DNA of 59,366 nucleotides, from positions 1 to 59,366 of the IMG/VR virus record IMGVR_UViG_3300046779_001979; one strand, 5' to 3'. Every line of letters starts with the position of its first letter. Positions within the stretch are counted from its first letter, which is position 1. A program made the translations under genes and the position numbers. The DNA is from a virus. Lineage: Duplodnaviria > Caudoviricetes. Positions 37,068-45,727 of the stretch are shown piece by piece. A model generated the notes under the pieces. It was not told the origin of the DNA and searched no databases. It saw only the letters and a program-made list of their open reading frames with translations.

Positions 37068-38472
37068 TGTTTGTTGTCATTTTAACATTTATAAATTTAG
37101 TTTTCTCATATAATGTGTCATCAATATTATCAATTTCCAAAACATTCGTTATCTGACTTAAACCATCTTCTTTATAATTTATCTTACCTTGTTGCATTTC
37201 TGTAACAAATCGTTTTTCATTTCTTGCGGTTGTCTCACCTTTAGCCCATCTACCGTTAATGAAACCTTCATCAACGTGAGGTAAACAATAAAAGGAACCT
37301 TCTCTTCTGTATGGTAATATATTTTCAACAACTTCGATATTTTCTTCAGTTGTTAGAACATTATTATATATTGATTCATCGTTAAGTGATAAAATTGTGT
37401 TTGTATCTTCAAAAACATCGTTAATGTCCTCAAAAAATTTATTATACATTTTTATCTCAGCTATTTTACCTTTATAAAATGTATTTGAATGATTACAAAA
37501 TCCAACTAAAAATGGTTTAATTGAATCGTGTGCTCTTAACTCTCCACTAACAGGGAATGGTTCGTTTTGTTTGATTCCATTCATTTGACAAATCAATTCA
37601 TCATTTATATAGAAGAATATTTGATTCTTTTCTTTTGAATATGATAATGTAACCCACGTCCACAAATGTTCAAATCTCTTTGCCCAATTATATATTGGGT
37701 GATTGAATTTATCAAAATATTGCATTGTAACTGCTCTTGAGTTATTAAATGATAACCCCCAAGTCCATGAACCGTCTTTTCTTAATAATGGATATTCGAT
37801 AAATCTTTTTTGTAAATCACCAACTAACCAAATTGGTACTTTGTCTTCCTGTTGTTCAGCATTGAATAGGATAGATATTGTATGGTCATCTCTTAAAGAT
37901 GAACTAATTTCTCTATTAGTTGGTATTGCGACATATGAGTTTTCTCCTGTAAAATTTAATACCTTTTTATTTTCGTATTTTTTAAACACTTTACCGGTTG
38001 TCATTCCTTCATAATAACATCTCCAAAATAAATCGTCATCTTCTTGACCCCAATCCCAATATTCATTTGAATATCCGTTTGTTTGATATGCTTGTTCTTT
38101 AGTGAATAAAACAACTCCACCAAAGTATTGGTCATAACCTAAACCATAACTATATTTTGATAATTTGGTTGCAATATGTATGGGATTATCTTCGGGATAT
38201 GAATAATCACCACCAATATGTCCTTCAACATTATATGATAACATATCAACATCGTGCCAAGCAATGTAATCACACCCATCTTCAAATGCAACATGAGCAG
38301 CAATGTTTTTCATCGCACCTCTATTAAAAAGTTTTTCATCAATTTGATGACCAACATAAAATGTATGTTCAATACCCTTTTCTGTTAATTGTTTTGAAAG
38401 ATGTGGTATCAATCTTTCAATATGTTCTTTTCTATTTCTGTATGGTATACATACACCTAATTTATGACTCAT
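37060..38472 (-). CDS. GT7 (beta-1,4-galactosyltransferase-like) with inserted LamG-like domain
   Basis: IPYRNR, FNRG, WHDVD, FGGV, NGYSNEYWDWGQEDDD; then F.GENSYV...WTWVTLSY...YKGKIAEIKMYN; then DGLS tail. Confidence 0.82.
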   Translation of the reverse strand: MSHKLGVCIPYRNRKEHIERLIPHLSKQLTEKGIEHTFYVGHQIDEKLFNRGAMKNIAAHVAFEDGCDYIAWHDVDMLSYNVEGHIGGDYSYPEDNPIHIATKLSKYSYGLGYDQYFGGVVLFTKEQAYQTNGYSNEYWDWGQEDDDLFWRCYYEGMTTGKVFKKYENKKVLNFTGENSYVAIPTNREISSSLRDDHTISILFNAEQQEDKVPIWLVGDLQKRFIEYPLLRKDGSWTWGLSFNNSRAVTMQYFDKFNHPIYNWAKRFEHLWTWVTLSYSKEKNQIFFYINDELICQMNGIKQNEPFPVSGELRAHDSIKPFLVGFCNHSNTFYKGKIAEIKMYNKFFEDINDVFEDTNTILSLNDESIYNNVLTTEENIEVVENILPYRREGSFYCLPHVDEGFINGRWAKGETTARNEKRFVTEMQQGKINYKEDGLSQITNVLEIDNIDDTLYEKTKFINVKMTTNNA

Positions 38473-39890
38473 ATCGATACTAATATATGTGTTTGATTGT
38501 CTATTTCTGACCTACTTAATTCTTTATAAACGCAGTTTGATAATCCGTCTTCTTTTGGATTTCGATATCCTTTTGCAACCTCATTATGAAATCTTAATTG
38601 ATTATATCTCGTGGTAATATCTTTCCAAGCACCTTTAACATAACCATTTTCCTCATGACTTCTTAATTCGAAGGTACATTCTCTTCTATTCGGTACTAAA
38701 ATTCTTTTAGTGTCTTCGTATGTATAACCCACAATTTCACAATTACTAATTTCACCATGATTTTCATTACCAGATAAATCCATTAACTTATAATCTTTTA
38801 TGAATTTAGCATCGTAATAAAGTTTTAAATAACCTGGTGATTTGTATTCACCAAAATCTTGTGTTAAACCAAAGAACTTGTTTTCAGATATTTCTTTTAT
38901 TTCGTTTTCGTCTAACAATTTGGAATATGCCGCAAATGAATCTATTGTACCTTTAAAATATTTCGGGTCATCTAATCTTTCGGGATTACCTACACCTAAA
39001 TAAAAATGTTCGATTTTTTCATAGTCGAAAACTTTACCATTGAATGTAGATTCACCAACAAAAATACCGTCTTGATACATTTTGATTTTGTTACCCACGG
39101 GATTTATCGTTACACAAATGTTAGTTTTGTAATTTGTTTTTATATGTGAGTTAACATAGATAACATTTTTTCTCGAGTCGTACATTTCAAAATTATATCT
39201 CGAATATGAGTTATAATTTATTGACAAATCGGTACCCGGTATTGTAAACGCAGAGAATGTGTCGTCATATTTTTCTAACTCACAAGTAATTTCATCAGGA
39301 TAAAATGAAATGAATATTGTCACATCATTTTTACCATCAAAAAAATTCTTACCCTTTACTTGTGCATTATAACCATTGAATCTTAGTGATGCGACATTAC
39401 CTCCCATCATTTTAATTTCTTTACTAAAAAGTGGAATATTAAATTGTTTACATCTATCTAACAAATCATTGTCTTCGTAACCCCATCCCCAATATTCGTT
39501 GGAATAACCATTGATTGTTTCAAATACTTCGACAGGAAATAAAGTAACACCTCCAAAGTATTCATCAAAAACAATTCTATTAAATTCACCGTCGGCAATA
39601 AAATTGGTAGATAAGTGCACAGGGTAATCACAGTATGAATAATCGACTTCAACTGGTAACATATCCACATCGTGAAATACAACGTAATCACATTTCAATT
39701 TTTTCGCCTCTAAAAATCCGATGTTAAGTAGTTTACCACGATTAAAGTTTTTAGCGTTATCTTGGTCAACAACTATAATTTCAAAATCAATGTTTTTTGA
39801 TTTTAAATATGGGATGATTCTTGACTTAAATAAAATTAGTTGATTATAACGATGTCTATATGGAACAACAATTCCTAATTTTTTATTCAT
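38469..39890 (-). CDS. GT7 (beta-1,4-galactosyltransferase-like) with inserted LamG-like domain
   Basis: VPYRHR, FNRGKLLNIG, FHDVDMLP, NGYSNEYWGWGYEDND; LRFNG...FKGTIDSFAAY...DLSGNENHG; DGLS tail. Confidence 0.85.
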   Translation of the reverse strand: MNKKLGIVVPYRHRYNQLILFKSRIIPYLKSKNIDFEIIVVDQDNAKNFNRGKLLNIGFLEAKKLKCDYVVFHDVDMLPVEVDYSYCDYPVHLSTNFIADGEFNRIVFDEYFGGVTLFPVEVFETINGYSNEYWGWGYEDNDLLDRCKQFNIPLFSKEIKMMGGNVASLRFNGYNAQVKGKNFFDGKNDVTIFISFYPDEITCELEKYDDTFSAFTIPGTDLSINYNSYSRYNFEMYDSRKNVIYVNSHIKTNYKTNICVTINPVGNKIKMYQDGIFVGESTFNGKVFDYEKIEHFYLGVGNPERLDDPKYFKGTIDSFAAYSKLLDENEIKEISENKFFGLTQDFGEYKSPGYLKLYYDAKFIKDYKLMDLSGNENHGEISNCEIVGYTYEDTKRILVPNRRECTFELRSHEENGYVKGAWKDITTRYNQLRFHNEVAKGYRNPKEDGLSNCVYKELSRSEIDNQTHILVSI

Positions 39891-40086
39891 CTATTTTTTT
39901 TGTATCTAATCCTGTGGTTTTATGCCACTCGGCTAAATAGTATTGAATTCTATCACTCCATTCTTTCTTTTCAATTTCTTCAAACCATACGGTTAGAGTG
40001 TCCAAACAATTGGCAATCTTTTCAAGTGCCTTTACTTTTCTTTGTTCAAGTAGTAATTGCTCTTGTTCTTTTTCTTCCTGTGTCAT
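39883..40086 (-). CDS. Small hypothetical helical protein
   Basis: 67-aa ORF tightly packed in the operon. Confidence 0.6.
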   Translation of the reverse strand: MTQEEKEQEQLLLEQRKVKALEKIANCLDTLTVWFEEIEKKEWSDRIQYYLAEWHKTTGLDTKKIDE

Positions 40087-40093
40087 ATGAAAC

Positions 40094-40840
40094 TTATTTT
40101 TTTCTGTTAATAATCGTAATTCCGCTCGATGACGGTTTTGTAGGTAATATACGAAAATTAAACAAATTTATCAAGTTCCACTCAGGATTTTCCTGTAATT
40201 CTTCTATAAGTTTTGCCGGACCATCGAATCTATGATGGTAAGGTTTTGATTCTTCTGAAATGATAAGACTTTCTTCGTAGTTCTTATCTGTGTCGTGTAT
40301 AATGATAATACCATTTTCTGATAAAATGGTTGAATATAAATCGAAATCTAATTTTACTCCTTCATATGAATGGTCACCATCTATGAATAAGACATCTATT
40401 TTAATATCTTGGGGTATGAAGAAATCATAAAATGCCTTCTCTGATGTTTCTTTGATAAATCGTGGTCCAAATTCTCTTCTGTAAAATGATTCTTCGTCAC
40501 TAACGGTAGACGGTCCTCCAATATTGTTACAAGGGTCAACTAAATAAGTTGCACCAATATCACCCCAATTTGGATTATCATTTCCTTCAAATATTTGTTG
40601 GTAATGTAACTCTTGTCTAGCAAGTGTCATAATACGTGGAATGAAACCTCCACCACTGCCAATACATACACATGTTTTTGCTCTCATATGTTGGATAATT
40701 GAATATACAACTAATCCATCACCCATATGCATATCAGTTGCTCCGTGTGTCCATCTATATGGTATCGGTTTGTCTTCGTCCGTTGTGACGTTTCGTTTAA
40801 TATATCCGTAATTCCCTATCATACCATCCAAGTTGGCCAC
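40094..40840 (-). CDS. Class I SAM-dependent methyltransferase (Methyltransf_24-like)
   Basis: CIGSGGGF, IDVLFIDGDHSYEGV, GIIIIHDT. Confidence 0.8.
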   Translation of the reverse strand: MANLDGMIGNYGYIKRNVTTDEDKPIPYRWTHGATDMHMGDGLVVYSIIQHMRAKTCVCIGSGGGFIPRIMTLARQELHYQQIFEGNDNPNWGDIGATYLVDPCNNIGGPSTVSDEESFYRREFGPRFIKETSEKAFYDFFIPQDIKIDVLFIDGDHSYEGVKLDFDLYSTILSENGIIIIHDTDKNYEESLIISEESKPYHHRFDGPAKLIEELQENPEWNLINLFNFRILPTKPSSSGITIINRKK

Positions 40841-41550
40841 AAATGTGGTGGTGTGTGTCTTCTACTTATACTTATCATTTTATCTTTTAATAAATCAAAT
40901 AATTCAACATCTCTTTGTATATCAGATTCGGATAATTTAGCGGAAACCGCCAATGATATTCCTTCTCCCGCACCGTTTATTTGTTTTATTTGACATAAAT
41001 CTGAAAATTCTTTCGCCACTTGTAATCTTTCATAATGATGAAAGAATTTATCTGAATTAAAACCGACTTTATTGATAACTAAAAAATATTCCCATAAAGT
41101 TTCGAACTCTTTGTAATTTGGATACAGTTTATCAACATATGTAATATATGGTGCCCATTCAAGTTGGTCAATATTGATTAAATCTTTTACGAATTCTCTT
41201 TTTGCAGAATGATTTAACAATGTATCAATGTAAGTGATACCATATTTGAATTGATATGTTTTTATTACATCAAAAACAGAGTAATCTGTAATGTGCGTAT
41301 CCGCATCAAGTAATAAACAATAGTCGTGTTGATTTAAAATATACTTAGTTAAAATCATTTTATCGTAGTATGATTTAAAATCTCTTACATATTCAACTAC
41401 ATTAACAAAATAATCTGAGAATTTTTCGGTTTCGTTTGTAAGAATATACACCGGTATATTCCGTTTAACCAATTCATCAATTTTCTCTTTTGTTCCTTTG
41501 AAATAATAATCTTCTCCGAAGCAAAATATACCTACACCTATATTATTCAT
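40819..41550 (-). CDS. Putative GT-A-like transferase, paralogue of 21728-22429
   Basis: IGVGIFCFG, YILTN, KSYYDK, LLDADT (DxD), EYFLVI, GAGEG. Confidence 0.45.
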   Translation of the reverse strand: MNNIGVGIFCFGEDYYFKGTKEKIDELVKRNIPVYILTNETEKFSDYFVNVVEYVRDFKSYYDKMILTKYILNQHDYCLLLDADTHITDYSVFDVIKTYQFKYGITYIDTLLNHSAKREFVKDLINIDQLEWAPYITYVDKLYPNYKEFETLWEYFLVINKVGFNSDKFFHHYERLQVAKEFSDLCQIKQINGAGEGISLAVSAKLSESDIQRDVELFDLLKDKMISISRRHTPPHLWPTWMV

Positions 41551-41556
41551 AGGTAT

Positions 41557-41584
41557 AATATACGAAAAATTAAATAAATTTCAA
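41557..41584 (-). promoter_or_regulatory. Sigma70-like promoter, near-leaderless
   Basis: TTGAAA-N16-TATATT, 6 nt before the ATG at 41550. Confidence 0.5.
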
Positions 41585-41707
41585 ATTTAAACTGAAACTA
41601 ATTGCATCCGATTCATTTATAAATGGTTCACTTGTTTTAGTAACACCATTTTCTTCAAATCTAACATACCATACTTGTCCTTCTTGATATATCTCTACAT
41701 TACTCAT
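41570..41707 (-). CDS. Unannotated 45-aa protein (MSNVEIYQEGQVWYVRFEENGVTKTSEPFINESDAISFSLNLKFI)
   Basis: Translated by hand; ATG overlaps the end of the upstream gene (ATGAGTAA). Confidence 0.55.
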   Translation of the reverse strand: MSNVEIYQEGQVWYVRFEENGVTKTSEPFINESDAISFSLNLKFI

Positions 41708-42089
41708 TTGGATATGGGTTTGGGTTTTCTATTATTGCTAATGGTCTATCTTCAACTGACCATGTTTGGGTATCTTCGTGCCACATTGTTGCCTTATCTT
41801 CATCAACTATAGGTCTTTCAATAGGAGGGTCCCATTGACCTAAAGTTTCATTTAATACCCAAGATTCGAATGGTTTTGGTGGTAAAAAAATATCTAACGT
41901 TTCATTATATGTATACCCTATACCCGCAAACATTTTTCTTATATTACCATTATAAGATGTTTGTATGAATCTTCCTCCTAACCCCAAATCATTCGATAAA
42001 AATTCTTCACCTCTATGTTCCTCTTCATTTGGAACGACCAAAACTTGTATAACTACATTATTATTATCTATTTGTGCAAAATGCGCCAT
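41700..42089 (-). CDS. Phage protein of the MAHFA type, partner of glycine-rich tail proteins
   Basis: MAHFAQID, QTSYN..RK.FAGIGYTY, F.PPKPF.SW, W.PP; directly follows the Gly-rich gene. Confidence 0.65.
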   Translation of the reverse strand: MAHFAQIDNNNVVIQVLVVPNEEEHRGEEFLSNDLGLGGRFIQTSYNGNIRKMFAGIGYTYNETLDIFLPPKPFESWVLNETLGQWDPPIERPIVDEDKATMWHEDTQTWSVEDRPLAIIENPNPYPNE

Positions 42090-42090
42090 A

Positions 42091-43758
42091 TTATTTAAAT
42101 TTATATCTTACAACAACAATACCAGAACCTCCGTTTCCTCCTTTATTATTTGAATTGTAGTGTGAACCTCCACCACCTCCACCACCAGAGTTTGCGCCAC
42201 CATCACCTCCGGGTCTATTTGTTTGACTGTTTGGAGAACCGTTTTGTCCTGAATTACCCCACGTTAATGCCTGTCCTCCTCCCGTGGTTATACCTAAGGC
42301 TCCACCACCTCCACCACCAAGTCCACCATCACCACCGGTGGATAACGAATAACTAGCACCACCACCTCCACCACCCCAATAGAATGGTTTACCTAAAATA
42401 TTTACTAATTTACCTGCACCTCCATTTGGTCTTGCAGTTCCCGATACACCTACTGCGCCAGCACCACCGCCTCCACCTGAATAATATTGACCCCCCGAAC
42501 CGCCTCCATTATATCCTTGGTTACCTGTTCCACCTCTTCCCGTGTTACCATCACTATAACCACTTGCACCACCCCCATTACCACCATTACCTCCATAACC
42601 GTAGTTTGGAGTATATCCAAAATATGAACTACCCCCAAATCCTCCGCCATTGGCAGTAAATCCAAATGCTGATGAATTACCACCCGCAGTTGCACTAATA
42701 GTATATTGGTGACCTCCGGGTTGTCCATTTGTACCTGCAGCGGGGGCACCTGTGCCACCGCCACCTACGGTTATTGTATATGCACCCGTTCCTAATACCA
42801 TACTTCCATTGAGAACGGCACCACCGCCTCCTCCTCCACCCATATCCATTCCAGCACCTCCACCACCACCTACAATTAGATATTCAATAGGAAGTGAATC
42901 TCCTTTATAGCCCGTAACGGTAAATGTACCTGAACTTGTAAATCTATGTATTCTCCATTCCCCAACTTCAGTAATTACATTACCACCAGTTGCAATGACT
43001 CTTTGATGTTTAAATGAATTACCTTCAAGTGTAACGGTTCTACTTTCTAATTTATTTGTTTGATTTAATAAAAGTGCTTGTATAGTTGGTTGTGTACCAT
43101 CACATATTTCAAGTCTTGGGTTGAAAAATTGTAATCTTGTTGTATTATCACCACAATAGTAATGATATGTTCTATGATATGTACTATCAGAACTTGCACC
43201 CCATTTAAGGTCACCTCCACTAATATTACATTGATTTATATTTTGTGCCTTTGTTAATGAATATATTGAATTGTTTGAAACGGTCCAAAGCCCCGTATCG
43301 GGATGTGGTATTGTACTTGTATATGTACTTGGAAACACGTGCCCAACTGTTAAGTACCATTGGTTTTGTGTTAATGTTCCTGTATTTGCACAATGCCAAT
43401 ATGGATTACACATTTGTGTACTTGTTCCTAAAGCATTTGGACATTCAGAACCACCTGCAGTACCGAAATAAAAAGTTCCACTACCTGTTGATGAAGTTCT
43501 TTTAACCCAAACTGAAAAACGATATAATTTCGACCTATCAATAGATATAGTGTCTGCATTCCATCCGCCATCCGCACCTCCGTCACCGGACGCTCTAGTT
43601 TCCCAAACAACAGCACTATTACCCCATGGGTCTGTACCAATTACTCTTTCATTTTCACCTGTGTTACCGTTTTGTCCGTAACCAGATGAACCACCCGAAC
43701 CAGTTGTCCATGTTTTGGGGTCAGTTAATAAACTTTTCTTTATAAAATATGTTGCCAT
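42091..43758 (-). CDS. Putative virion protein: carbohydrate-binding-like N-domain + glycine-rich C-domain
   Basis: YRFSVWVK beta-sandwich-like region; IHRFTSSGTF, EYLIVGGGGG, GGGGGG runs, GGNGGSGIVVVRY end. Confidence 0.75.
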   Translation of the reverse strand: MATYFIKKSLLTDPKTWTTGSGGSSGYGQNGNTGENERVIGTDPWGNSAVVWETRASGDGGADGGWNADTISIDRSKLYRFSVWVKRTSSTGSGTFYFGTAGGSECPNALGTSTQMCNPYWHCANTGTLTQNQWYLTVGHVFPSTYTSTIPHPDTGLWTVSNNSIYSLTKAQNINQCNISGGDLKWGASSDSTYHRTYHYYCGDNTTRLQFFNPRLEICDGTQPTIQALLLNQTNKLESRTVTLEGNSFKHQRVIATGGNVITEVGEWRIHRFTSSGTFTVTGYKGDSLPIEYLIVGGGGGAGMDMGGGGGGGAVLNGSMVLGTGAYTITVGGGGTGAPAAGTNGQPGGHQYTISATAGGNSSAFGFTANGGGFGGSSYFGYTPNYGYGGNGGNGGGASGYSDGNTGRGGTGNQGYNGGGSGGQYYSGGGGGAGAVGVSGTARPNGGAGKLVNILGKPFYWGGGGGGASYSLSTGGDGGLGGGGGGALGITTGGGQALTWGNSGQNGSPNSQTNRPGGDGGANSGGGGGGGSHYNSNNKGGNGGSGIVVVRYKFK

Positions 43759-44537
43759 TATACTCCGAATCTTTGTCTTTGGTTATTGAAGTTTTGTAAC
43801 ATTTCATCTGTTGATAAAACTCTATTGTATATTTGAACAATTGCAATTTCACCCATAGTCCATGGATAAGAAGATAAATTCGGTTCGTTACCAATTGTTA
43901 ATGTTGATGCTGGATTTGTTAATGTTCCTGCGTTTGAATTTGTTGCACCGTATTGATGCCACCCAGCGTTGGGCATATAATATGACGCATTACTATAATT
44001 TACACCGTCAACATATAATGTTGCACCACATTCTTGTGCCCAATATCCACTTGGGTTTTGATATAAATCTATGTAGTTATCACCATCTCCGTGTCCAATA
44101 AGTTTTCTCCACGCACCAGTTCCTCCAGTACTTTTAGCCCAAACTAAAACTGTTAATCCAGTTCCTCCTTGTGATGTTTTAAGATTTGTTAATGACGAAC
44201 TATTTGTGACTTGTATACCTTGATTACTTGCATTCATTACAATTGATCCTCCGTTTGAATTTGAAGTGATTGGTGTACTATTTTGTATAGTACCGTCATT
44301 ACCATAACCACTTAAATCAACAATCTTATTATTACAACTTGTACATCCAGGATTTGATGAATAATATTGACATCCATAACCACAATCGTAATAATAACCC
44401 GTACCTGCATATGATTGTATGTTACCTACATCTAACCACAAAACCAATCCATTAGTAACGATGTTAGGTGCGTTCTGAGTATCCCCAGAAGAACTAAAAT
44501 TACCCGACATCGTGTTACCACCAACAATAATTCCCAT
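43758..44537 (-). CDS. LamG-like protein with Cys/Tyr insert
   Basis: IVTNGLVLWLD, DLSGYGNDG, QIYNRVLS...RFGV; insert YYYDCGYGCQYYSSNPGCTSC. Confidence 0.82.
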   Translation of the reverse strand: MGIIVGGNTMSGNFSSSGDTQNAPNIVTNGLVLWLDVGNIQSYAGTGYYYDCGYGCQYYSSNPGCTSCNNKIVDLSGYGNDGTIQNSTPITSNSNGGSIVMNASNQGIQVTNSSSLTNLKTSQGGTGLTVLVWAKSTGGTGAWRKLIGHGDGDNYIDLYQNPSGYWAQECGATLYVDGVNYSNASYYMPNAGWHQYGATNSNAGTLTNPASTLTIGNEPNLSSYPWTMGEIAIVQIYNRVLSTDEMLQNFNNQRQRFGV

Positions 44538-44547
44538 AAACTATATT

Positions 44548-45726
44548 TTATATACTAAATCTACCTCTAGTTGCTTGAAAATTCTCAGCAATTTCAAATG
44601 AATTTAATACTCTATTATACATTCTTACAATATAAATTTCACCATAAAATGGTTCGCTCGTACCGTTAACGTCTAATCCAATTCTCCAGTTAATGTTTGC
44701 GGGAACTGAACCTGTTAATACAGTACTTTTCGTTAATACGGCATTTCTGTAAACTCTAACAACCCCACTTTTATCTCTACTACAAGTTAATTGATATACG
44801 GTATTATTATAAGATGCACCGTAATCCGCCTCATATGCGTTTCCTTGTATGTAAACACCACCACTAAACATCCAAATACCATTACCATAACCAGGTCCGT
44901 AATTACTAATTAAAACACCCGTGTTGGTTGACATTCTTTTATACCAAACTTCAATTGTCCACGGATTTAAACCAGACAATTCACTAAAATATGTATTAAA
45001 ATCCAACGCACTATTTGAACCGTTAAACATAAATGCGCCACCATAATTTGAGTTCCATGTTGTGTTACTATTTTTAATAACACTATTACCGCTTTGACTC
45101 ATATCAATTACCGCATCTCCGTTTGTTCCGTTTATCCAATCTCCGACCATTGAACCTCCTGATTGAATCATTGGCATTGTAACTTCCCATGTTGAGTTAC
45201 TTCCACCATTTGTTCCTCCATATGAAATTATATAAAATGTTCCTGATGTTGATGAAGCACTTATTGTGTGCGAAACTCTTTGCCAAACTCCGACTTTATT
45301 CGCCGCTTGACTAATTCCCGTTGCAGTATCTCCTTGACCAAATCCACTTACATAAACAGTTGCACCGTTATTACCTGAACCACTTACATACCATCTATAC
45401 CAAGCTGAAAATGTATATGTTCCTGTTGATGGTAAACTTATACTTTTGTATATACCATTCCAAGAACCTCTATTTATCATTTTGTAACCAATTGTGTTAA
45501 ACTCTGTCACAAATTGTCCGTCGTTACCGTTACTATATGACCCCCAACCATTCATGTGAATTGCATCACTAATGATATTTGTATATGCGTTTGTTGTTGG
45601 GAACGAATCTTTATCGGCAGCATCTAAATGACATATCATTCCATCGATGTTTACTTTACTTTTGAAAACACCTGTACTGTTTACATCACTTGAAGCAATT
45701 GAATTACCATTTAGTATGTATGCCAT
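44548..45726 (-). CDS. LamG-like protein with inserted carbohydrate-binding-module-like domain
   Basis: HLDAADKDSFP; insert with TYTFSAWY and WQRVSHT; DMSQSGN...RMYNRVL...RGRFSI. Confidence 0.78.
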   Translation of the reverse strand: MAYILNGNSIASSDVNSTGVFKSKVNIDGMICHLDAADKDSFPTTNAYTNIISDAIHMNGWGSYSNGNDGQFVTEFNTIGYKMINRGSWNGIYKSISLPSTGTYTFSAWYRWYVSGSGNNGATVYVSGFGQGDTATGISQAANKVGVWQRVSHTISASSTSGTFYIISYGGTNGGSNSTWEVTMPMIQSGGSMVGDWINGTNGDAVIDMSQSGNSVIKNSNTTWNSNYGGAFMFNGSNSALDFNTYFSELSGLNPWTIEVWYKRMSTNTGVLISNYGPGYGNGIWMFSGGVYIQGNAYEADYGASYNNTVYQLTCSRDKSGVVRVYRNAVLTKSTVLTGSVPANINWRIGLDVNGTSEPFYGEIYIVRMYNRVLNSFEIAENFQATRGRFSI

Positions 45727-45727
45727 A

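Noticed and set aside
1-41550. Interpretation as a bacterial O-antigen/capsule locus
   Set aside because: No flippase, polymerase, chain-length regulator or export genes; the enzymes are interleaved with fibre-like genes. A cellular or prophage origin cannot be fully excluded from this window alone.
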